DNA of 11,207 bases. Origin: Candidatus Heimdallarchaeota archaeon (GTDB lineage: Archaea > Asgardarchaeota > Heimdallarchaeia > Heimdallarchaeales > Heimdallarchaeaceae). The notes beneath the pieces are model-generated. The model was given only the letters and a program-made list of their open reading frames with translations. It did not search any database and was not told where the DNA came from. Positions 4,925-11,207 of this stretch are shown here, piece after piece. Positions within the stretch are counted from its first letter, which is position 1. Each line of letters opens with the position of its first letter. The position numbers were made by a program, and so were the translations under genes. The DNA is taken from positions 1-11,207 of the forward strand of contig JAEOSZ010000100.1 in NCBI GenBank assembly GCA_016840095.1. The letters run 5' to 3'.

Positions 4925-7540
4925 ATGAAAAGAAAAATGATTTTTATGATATTTCTAACGTTACTTCTGGTTATCCAACCAGCAGTAAATACAAATTTAT
5001 CTTATGCAGATCAAATTTACAATCCTGCACCTTCTGAGATGACAAATTCTGTTACTCAAATAGTTAAGCAAGATATAGGTGCTGGCGGTGAAGAACAGCT
5101 AATTACAAATGTTGTTCATAATGGAGGTTTTGAGGAAACTTTCCCTACTGGAGGTCCTGTAGGCTTTAACTTTGGTGGTGGGGCATTTCAATACGTTAAC
5201 CCTACTTCAAGCGAAGTATATGCAGGAACTTATTCCTGTGATATTCAAGCATATGGAAACCTACAATTCAGCGCAAATGCACGTCTTTCTCGATATCTAG
5301 CTTCTGTTAATACACCATACGTAGTAGAAGATATTGATTTAGACTTTTGGGCATATATTGCACAAAATCCAGACATTTCAGAGGGTGGTCAAATATACTT
5401 CTATCTGCAGTTTTATCACGCACCTAGCTCAACATACTATTACATTAATTACTACTTATCAACTGCTAATATTCCTTCAAATTCAGGTAACAATGTCCAC
5501 ATCAATGCTACAATACCTTCTTTGAGTTGGGTAAATGTTCATCGTGATGTAACTTTGGATTTTGAAACAGCTTTTGGACCTGCAAATCCACTTGTATATT
5601 TGAACTACATCTATCTGTATGCCTATTCACCAACAGATCCAGTAGGTATGACAGAATTCTATGTAGATGATTTTAGTGCTGAAAATAGCACAGGATATAA
5701 TTTTATCACTACAAATGAAGGATTTGAAGCAGGTTCAGCTTCTGGTTGGAACACCTATAACAGAGGAATAGGATCAGTCCTACAGTCACCAGATCATACT
5801 GAAGGTTCTTATTCAATTAACATGTCAGCATACACTCCACTTCCTTCATTGACTACATATAGTTATATTGAGAAATATATGGGAGATTGGAATCCTGATA
5901 TGGGATATTATACACATAACCCAGGAGATCTTACCATAGATTTTGACTGGAAGTATTTAGAGCCAAAAGGACCTTTTGTTGACCAGTATGCTATATTCTA
6001 TATTTATGGACATAATGAGACCTATGACTTTGAATTGACGTGGATGTTGGGATCTGCAATAGATGCCCATATATTTACAAACAGTTCAGATTCTGGTGGA
6101 ACAAGACTTTATTTCCTTGCAGATGGATTTGGAGATAGAGATGTATGGCACACATTGACAGCAGATATTTACGATTTCACTTCAGCGTACGGTGTTGATA
6201 CGATGGCATTCATTTACTGTGGATTCAGAGTATTTTCTTCATACGAGGCTACTTCTACAGCTCAACTACTAGTTGACAACTTCAAACTAAATACTTATCC
6301 AACAGGAGATCCATCCTTTGAAGAGGATTGGAATGTTGAGCCAACAGATCCAATTCCATCCTGGTATGGAAATGGTTTTGAAGATTATCTTAATCTGACA
6401 TCAGATGTTCATTCTGGTGATAATGCTGCAAATTTATCTGCTTATACTGGAGATACCTCCGTAGAGATTTGGCGATATCCAGCTCTTGCAGTTACACCAA
6501 ACTTGTATACTGACTTCTGGTATAAATTAGATTCAATACAAGCTGGTGCAAACACACATGCATATATCAATATTGAACTATACAATGGTGGTGAGATTTA
6601 TTACGTACTTGGAGCAAGTTCTGATTTCGGAGCTTCAAATAGTACTTATGATGTTTACTTCTTGGTTGATGACTTTAATCAAACAGGAGTATGGACGAAT
6701 CTTGTAAGAAATATCTATGATGATATTGAAGCAGCTTTTGGTCCTGGAGACTGGGAAATCTATGAAATACGCTTCAGAGCTTATGCTCAAGGAGGTTTAG
6801 TAACTACTTTGCTTGTAGATGATGTTCATTTTGTATTAGATTCTTCAGGTCCTCAGTTAATCATTCAACTACCACTAAATACTCCAACGTATTATGATGA
6901 TGCCAGATTTGAAATAATTGCTGCTGATTCTCTAAGTAGAGTTTCTAATGTCAGAGTATATTATCGTACAGGAACTATCTGGAACTATGTAATAGCAACT
7001 CCTATGGGCATGTCTTTCCTTGCAACAATTCCTGCATTTGATTGGGGGAATGTGGTTGAATATTACATTCAAATGTACGACATGTTTGGAAATACAAATA
7101 TTGCTGATAATGGTGGATCGTACTATGCCTATGATATTGTTGATAACGTTAAACCCTACGTAGAACTTCTGAATGTAAATACTTCCTCTAAGTTAGGAAT
7201 AGAATCTTTAGAAATCGAAGCCTATGATATCGGAAGTGATATTGCTTACATCCTAATCTACGATACTGGAGAACTTGTTGGAAACATAACAGGAGAACCC
7301 TACAACTTTGATTATGATCCAGATATAAAACAAGTTGATGGTCAAAGACATTTAATTATTGAAGCATTTGATAATGCTGGAAATTCTGAGATCACAGAAA
7401 TGATCTTAGGAGTTAATCTACCTTCAGGTTTTGTATCTTTCTTCCAAACATGGGGTACATTGATGGGTGCAGCAATTGTTGGAGCTGCTTGGATAACTGT
7501 AGTTCTAATTAAGGTTTTCAAGAAACCAAAAACAGAATAA
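4925..7540 (+). CDS. Large type-I cell-surface (glyco)protein: signal peptide, 3 tandem CBM4/9-like jelly-roll repeats, 2 Ig-like domains, C-terminal TM anchor
   Basis: Signal peptide MKRKMIFMIFLTLLLVIQPA. Repeats begin NGGFE / NEGFE / DPSFE and end YVDDFS / LVDNFK / LVDDVH. Ig-like signatures DSSGP...VEYYIQMYDMFGN and DNVKP...IEAFDNAGN. TM WGTLMGAAIVGAAWITVVLI followed by KVFKKPKTE. Many N-x-S/T sequons. TTTAAATA at 4864-4871 and AGGCGA at 4914-4919 upstream. Confidence 0.8.
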   Translation: MKRKMIFMIFLTLLLVIQPAVNTNLSYADQIYNPAPSEMTNSVTQIVKQDIGAGGEEQLITNVVHNGGFEETFPTGGPVGFNFGGGAFQYVNPTSSEVYAGTYSCDIQAYGNLQFSANARLSRYLASVNTPYVVEDIDLDFWAYIAQNPDISEGGQIYFYLQFYHAPSSTYYYINYYLSTANIPSNSGNNVHINATIPSLSWVNVHRDVTLDFETAFGPANPLVYLNYIYLYAYSPTDPVGMTEFYVDDFSAENSTGYNFITTNEGFEAGSASGWNTYNRGIGSVLQSPDHTEGSYSINMSAYTPLPSLTTYSYIEKYMGDWNPDMGYYTHNPGDLTIDFDWKYLEPKGPFVDQYAIFYIYGHNETYDFELTWMLGSAIDAHIFTNSSDSGGTRLYFLADGFGDRDVWHTLTADIYDFTSAYGVDTMAFIYCGFRVFSSYEATSTAQLLVDNFKLNTYPTGDPSFEEDWNVEPTDPIPSWYGNGFEDYLNLTSDVHSGDNAANLSAYTGDTSVEIWRYPALAVTPNLYTDFWYKLDSIQAGANTHAYINIELYNGGEIYYVLGASSDFGASNSTYDVYFLVDDFNQTGVWTNLVRNIYDDIEAAFGPGDWEIYEIRFRAYAQGGLVTTLLVDDVHFVLDSSGPQLIIQLPLNTPTYYDDARFEIIAADSLSRVSNVRVYYRTGTIWNYVIATPMGMSFLATIPAFDWGNVVEYYIQMYDMFGNTNIADNGGSYYAYDIVDNVKPYVELLNVNTSSKLGIESLEIEAYDIGSDIAYILIYDTGELVGNITGEPYNFDYDPDIKQVDGQRHLIIEAFDNAGNSEITEMILGVNLPSGFVSFFQTWGTLMGAAIVGAAWITVVLIKVFKKPKTE
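5120..6829 (+). repeat. Three diverged protein-level repeats (about aa 66-251, 264-454, 462-635)
   Basis: Shared order of motifs: (N/D)xxFE ... (Y/H)xGxxS/A ... DF(W/D)xY/K ... W-x-(N/T)-(V/L)-x-(R/A)-(D/N)-(V/I)-xxD-x-xAxG ... VD(D/N). No obvious DNA-level identity. Confidence 0.75.
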
Positions 7541-7546
7541 ATTATT

Positions 7547-7575
7547 GAGGAATATTCCTCTTTTTCTATTTTTTT
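7547..7575 (+). terminator. Perfect 14-bp palindrome + T tract
   Basis: GAGGAATATTCCTC (7547-7560) followed by TTTTTCTATTTTTTT, 6 nt after the TAA at 7540. Confidence 0.6.
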
Positions 7576-7612
7576 AGATAAATTTCTTAAAAGGGTAAAT
7601 TAATACCAATTA

Positions 7613-8641
7613 ATGAGTTCTCAAAATGAGATATTAGAAGAAGATTTTCTGCTAAATAAAGATGGAACACTCAACATCAGAGGATGGTCTAGAAAACCTC
7701 TCTTGAGATATAATAGAGAGAATCTGGGTAAAGGATGGTTTCGAACTAAAGAGTGGGATTATTATGCGATTGTCAATCCAGATTATGCCATCACATTTAC
7801 AGTAACTGATCTTGGCATAATGGGGCTATATTCAGTTGTGTGGTTAGATTTTAAAGAAAAAAGGTTCATTCCTGATGAAGAGTCTAAACTTTTCACTAGA
7901 GGACGAACTAACTTACCTATATCCTCTGATGAGGGAGATTTGGAGTTTAGTGGTAAAAAAATTCAAATTAAAATGTTGAAGAAAGATTCCAATAGAATTA
8001 TAGAATTCGACTTTCCGTCCTTTAATAAAAACCAAGGAATAAAGGGAAAAATGGAGATGTATCAGGATTCTGAAATGGACTCTATGACCATAGCAACTCC
8101 ATGGAAGAATAAGCCAAAATGTTTCTATTACAATACAAAGGTTAACTGTATGCCAGCTGAAGGAAGAGTAGTATTAGGCAACAAAATCTTCACTTTTGAG
8201 AAATCGAACAGTTTTGCTGTATTAGACTGGGGAAGAGGAATATGGCCATATTCTGATACTTGGTACTGGGGTTCTGCTTCAGGTATGTCTGGAAAAACTT
8301 CTGTAGGTTTCAATATAGGATACGGTTTTGGTGATACTACAGCTGCTACTGAGAACATCTTTTATTACAATGGAAAAGGGCACAAGTTAGATCAAATTAC
8401 TTTTCACTATAATCCCAAGAACTACTTAGAACCTTGGAAATTTACAAGCAATGACGGAAGATTCGAGATGGATTTTGAACCTCTTATTGATAGAAATTCT
8501 ATTGTTAATCTTGCAATCTTCAAATCTATACAGCATCAAGTTTTTGGATATTTCACAGGAGAGGTAGTTCTAGACGATGGAAGGAAGATAAGAATTGAGA
8601 ATCTCTTGGGATTTGCAGAAGAAGTTAAGAATAGATGGTAA
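7613..8641 (+). CDS. DUF2804 family protein
   Basis: Motifs GWSRKPLL, KEWDYY, FYYNTKVNCMPAEG, LDWGRGIWPY..WYW, GFNIGYGFGD...TEN, QHQVFGYFTG, GFAEEVKNRW, recognised as DUF2804. Confidence 0.85.
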   Translation: MSSQNEILEEDFLLNKDGTLNIRGWSRKPLLRYNRENLGKGWFRTKEWDYYAIVNPDYAITFTVTDLGIMGLYSVVWLDFKEKRFIPDEESKLFTRGRTNLPISSDEGDLEFSGKKIQIKMLKKDSNRIIEFDFPSFNKNQGIKGKMEMYQDSEMDSMTIATPWKNKPKCFYYNTKVNCMPAEGRVVLGNKIFTFEKSNSFAVLDWGRGIWPYSDTWYWGSASGMSGKTSVGFNIGYGFGDTTAATENIFYYNGKGHKLDQITFHYNPKNYLEPWKFTSNDGRFEMDFEPLIDRNSIVNLAIFKSIQHQVFGYFTGEVVLDDGRKIRIENLLGFAEEVKNRW

Positions 8642-8689
8642 TATCTGAAAAGAGAAAAGTAAAATAGAACTTTAGTTAAACAAAACAGT

Positions 8690-10021
8690 ATGCACATTTA
8701 CCAACCTGCAGATCCTCAACCTTGTTTTTACTGCAAGAAAATAGAAGATTATGAAGATGGTTATCCTATTCGAGAGGGAATCTTTACGGCTGAACATATG
8801 GTTTTTAGATGCCCTTGGCACGCTAAATTCAAGTGCTCAAAATGTGGAAAATTTCATCATTTTAGTTGGTTATACTATTGTCAAAAAAACAAAGAATTAA
8901 TCTGTGGTTCTTGTAATAAACCTACTCTGAAGCCTGTTAAGTTTTGGAATAAAAGTTATGCATATGACTTCCGGTGTGATCAATGTGAAAGTGCCCATTA
9001 TGATTTGTTGTTTCTTGAATATTCTGGAAAACATCCTTGGCAGCTTGAAGACCTTGAAATTGTTTCAAATATAGAAATTCAAACTCCTTGGAAACCTTGC
9101 TGGAAACCTCTTTATTCAAGAAAAGGTAATGAAATTTCTTTAGAAGAGTCTTTAAAGCCTCTAGACCACATTTCTCCAATCATAAAAATGAGAGGAGGAG
9201 TTATTTATCATTCAGAGCTTATCCCAGAGGAACAGGTAAAAGATAATGAAACTAAAGATAATTGGGAAAGAGACAGTAGTATTTGGTTAGATATTTATCA
9301 AGAACAAACTGATAATGATGAGGGAGATGCAAATAGACAACTTATAATTGATCCAGCTCTTTGGGAACTTCTAGGAGAAGTAAAGAAACTAAAGGTTCTA
9401 GATGCAGGATGCGGCAACGGATACCTTTCTAGAGAATTGAGTAGAAGAGGTGCAGAAGTCGTAGGTGTTGATTTTTCAGAGACTTTCATCAAGTATTGTC
9501 TTCAAATGGAGAGCTTAGAAAAACTAGGAAGTAAGTTTATTCAAGCATCACTTATAGATCTTAAAGAGATAAAAGATAATAGCTTTGATTTAGTAGTATC
9601 TAATATCGTAATGGTTGATGTATCAGATTTCAGGAAAGCTTTTCTGGAAATAAGTAGAGTTCTAAAACCAAAAGGAAGATTCGTATGGACAAATCTCCAT
9701 CCAGTTTTTGGAAGACTAAACTCTGTGGGTTTGAAACTACCTAAAGATTCACCCAGAAACGAAGAAGAATTATACAGAGTATCAGATGGATATTTCGAAT
9801 CAGGTGGTAAGTTAATATCTTGGCGTCAGCTTGAACCACTTTGGTCATTTGATAGAACTTTGTCTGAATATTCTACAGCTTTGAAAGATGCTGGATTTGT
9901 AATTCAGGAGATTGTTGAACCAAAACCATCAAATGAAGTTATTCAGCAGAATCCTAGGCACCTTGCATTTTGGGCAAATAGATTTCCCTTGTTTATCATC
10001 TATGATTGTGTAAAGAAATAG
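8690..10021 (+). CDS. Class I SAM-dependent methyltransferase (Methyltransf_11/25-like) fused to an N-terminal Cys/His-rich Zn-binding region
   Basis: Motif I VLDAGCGNG, post-I VVGVDFS, SFDLVVSN, RVLKPKGRF, and FDRTLSEY...AGFVIQEIVEP. N-terminus carries C12xxC15, C41xxH44, C49xxC52, C72xxC75 and C96xxC99. Confidence 0.85.
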   Translation: MHIYQPADPQPCFYCKKIEDYEDGYPIREGIFTAEHMVFRCPWHAKFKCSKCGKFHHFSWLYYCQKNKELICGSCNKPTLKPVKFWNKSYAYDFRCDQCESAHYDLLFLEYSGKHPWQLEDLEIVSNIEIQTPWKPCWKPLYSRKGNEISLEESLKPLDHISPIIKMRGGVIYHSELIPEEQVKDNETKDNWERDSSIWLDIYQEQTDNDEGDANRQLIIDPALWELLGEVKKLKVLDAGCGNGYLSRELSRRGAEVVGVDFSETFIKYCLQMESLEKLGSKFIQASLIDLKEIKDNSFDLVVSNIVMVDVSDFRKAFLEISRVLKPKGRFVWTNLHPVFGRLNSVGLKLPKDSPRNEEELYRVSDGYFESGGKLISWRQLEPLWSFDRTLSEYSTALKDAGFVIQEIVEPKPSNEVIQQNPRHLAFWANRFPLFIIYDCVKK

Positions 10022-10109
10022 ACAGAACTTTTTACAAAATAACTTGTTTTGGTAATAAGAAATATTGATAAGAGACCTTTTCTGATTGTAATATTAGTAG
10101 GTAGTTAAT

Positions 10110-11015
10110 ATGGAACAACTCATTTATGCATTTTGTTCAAGTGTTACTAACCCTGAAACCATGATTTTGGTTGAGAGTATTAGAAAATTTAGTGGAGAAT
10201 TTTCTAGCTGCCCAATTTGGCTTTTTACTAAGAAAACTCTAAAGGAGATACCTGAAGATTTACTTAATTCTCTGTATCAACACGAAGTTGAAATTTTTAC
10301 TCTTGATTTAGATCCAGAGATTGCCAATTTTAGTTTCATTGATCATGTTTATGCAGCAGCAAAAGCTGAAGAAATGGCAGTTAATAAGACCGATAATCTA
10401 GTTTTTCTTGGGACAAACACATTATTCTTTGATAGCCCTGAAAAATTCTTACTAGAAGATGGAATTAGCCTAGGTTATCGTCCTGTTCATCATAAATTAA
10501 TCGGATCATTATATGATGAACCAATTGATTACTTCTGGAGTTTGATTTACCAAAAATGTAACGTTAAGGAAGAAAACGTATTTCCTATGCAAACACACAT
10601 AGATGGACAAATTCTTCGCCCCTACATAAGTTCTGGATGTTTGGTTGTTAATCCTAAGAGGGGATTCTTTAAGGTTTGGTGGGAAAAATACAAAATTATA
10701 CATAAAGAACCAGTTTTCAAAGAATTTTACGAAAAATATGATCTGTATTTAATATTTATACATCAAGCAGTCTTATCTGCTGTTATGCTTTCAGAATTAG
10801 ATAAAAGTGAGATTAAAGAACTTCCGTTTGAGTATAATTATCCCATTAACTTATACCATGAAAGTCTTGATGAATTTAAACCAAAGAATTTCGATAACAT
10901 TATCACTGCTAGGTATTATTTGGAGAAAATCATAGATGAAGATGAATTTAATAAAATACCTTTTAATGAACCATTGAGGAGTTGGCTTGAGAAACGAGTA
11001 GTTGTAAAAGATTAG
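10110..11015 (+). CDS. GT-A fold (GT8-like) glycosyltransferase homolog with non-canonical DxD
   Basis: LVESIRKF (cf. LxxSxR), LVFLGTNTLFF at the DxD position, PYISSGCLVV (cf. YFNSGV), IHQAVLS (cf. DQxxL), ELPFEYNY (cf. LPxxYN). Confidence 0.65.
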   Translation: MEQLIYAFCSSVTNPETMILVESIRKFSGEFSSCPIWLFTKKTLKEIPEDLLNSLYQHEVEIFTLDLDPEIANFSFIDHVYAAAKAEEMAVNKTDNLVFLGTNTLFFDSPEKFLLEDGISLGYRPVHHKLIGSLYDEPIDYFWSLIYQKCNVKEENVFPMQTHIDGQILRPYISSGCLVVNPKRGFFKVWWEKYKIIHKEPVFKEFYEKYDLYLIFIHQAVLSAVMLSELDKSEIKELPFEYNYPINLYHESLDEFKPKNFDNIITARYYLEKIIDEDEFNKIPFNEPLRSWLEKRVVVKD

Positions 11016-11030
11016 AATTTTAATGAGCTC

Positions 11031-11090
11031 TATCAAAAAAATTTGAAAAAAAAAAGTATTTATATATATTGTATCAAAAATAGCTTTGAT
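11031..11090 (+). promoter_or_regulatory. Heliorhodopsin promoter: A-tract/BRE + TTTATATA, flanked by two TATCAAAAA..TTTGA boxes
   Basis: TTTATATA at 11059-11066, 29-36 nt before ATG 11095. TATCAAAAA occurs at 11031 and 11072, each followed by TTTGA (11042, 11085). Confidence 0.5.
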
Positions 11091-11094
11091 TTAA

Positions 11095-11207
11095 ATGTCA
11101 CAAACTAAAGAAATGACTATTTTGGATGATGGTTCAAAATCTCCAATTAGCTTTAAATATTTGCGTAAGTTTAATCTTGCGATGGGAATTCTACACCTAG
11201 TTCAAGG
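11095..11207 (+). CDS. heR: Heliorhodopsin, N-terminal fragment (3'-truncated by window; not in ORF track)
   Basis: Manual translation MSQTKEMTILDDGSKSPISFKYLRKFNLAMGILHLVQG. LRKFN-x3-G-x2-H-x2-Q matches the heliorhodopsin TM1 signature (N16/G20/H23/Q26 in HeR 48C12 numbering), with a basic cytoplasmic N-terminus. Alternative start at ATG 11113. Confidence 0.85.
   Translation, partial: MSQTKEMTILDDGSKSPISFKYLRKFNLAMGILHLVQ

Noticed and set aside
8723-9000. Cys motifs as c-type heme (CxxCH) or Fe-S/radical-SAM sites
   Set aside because: No CxxCH, CxxxCxxC or CxxCxxC motif and no signal peptide; the pattern fits Zn knuckles better.
1483-11015. Frequent TAG stops (six genes) and two TGA stops as pyrrolysine/selenocysteine or other recoding
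   Set aside because: Read-through gives only short or low-complexity extensions and fuses no genes. Both TGA stops are followed at once by TAA. The GT read-through frame is not the heliorhodopsin frame.
8128-11036. Short minus-strand ORFs 8128..8358, 8937..9179, 9298..9492, 10509..10703, 10851..11036
   Set aside because: All lie antisense to well-supported genes and show no motifs or expression signals.
1-11207. CRISPR array, tRNA/rRNA, IS element, prophage or defence island
   Set aside because: No regularly spaced DNA repeats, no GC-rich structured RNA-like segments, and no transposase, integrase or nuclease motifs were seen; intergenic gaps are all short.

Overview
AT-rich, gene-dense window with no RNA genes, CRISPR array or mobile element. 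It most likely comes from an Asgard archaeon (Heimdallarchaeia-like). That inference rests on a stand-alone longin-type gene, an Asgard-style 7TM protein, TATA boxes about 25-35 nt before start codons, a GGTGA ribosome-binding site and T-tract terminators. From left to right it contains: the 3' end of a CrtI/phytoene-desaturase-family FAD oxidoreductase; a minus-strand block (74-aa orphan, longin-like protein, N-out/C-in 7TM protein, tandem GNAT); then a plus-strand run. The plus-strand run is a di-heme ferric-reductase-like membrane protein, a 4TM protein, a membrane-anchored beta-rich protein, an 871-aa surface protein with three CBM-like repeats plus Ig-like domains, DUF2804, a Zn-finger/SAM-methyltransferase fusion and a GT-A glycosyltransferase-like protein lacking DxD. 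The window ends in the first 38 codons of a heliorhodopsin, which the ORF track misses. The best candidates for new biology are the apparently translationally coupled longin + 7TM receptor-like pair, the heliorhodopsin with a twin-box promoter, and the multi-Zn-finger methyltransferase. All family calls come from motif recognition by eye; no searches were run.
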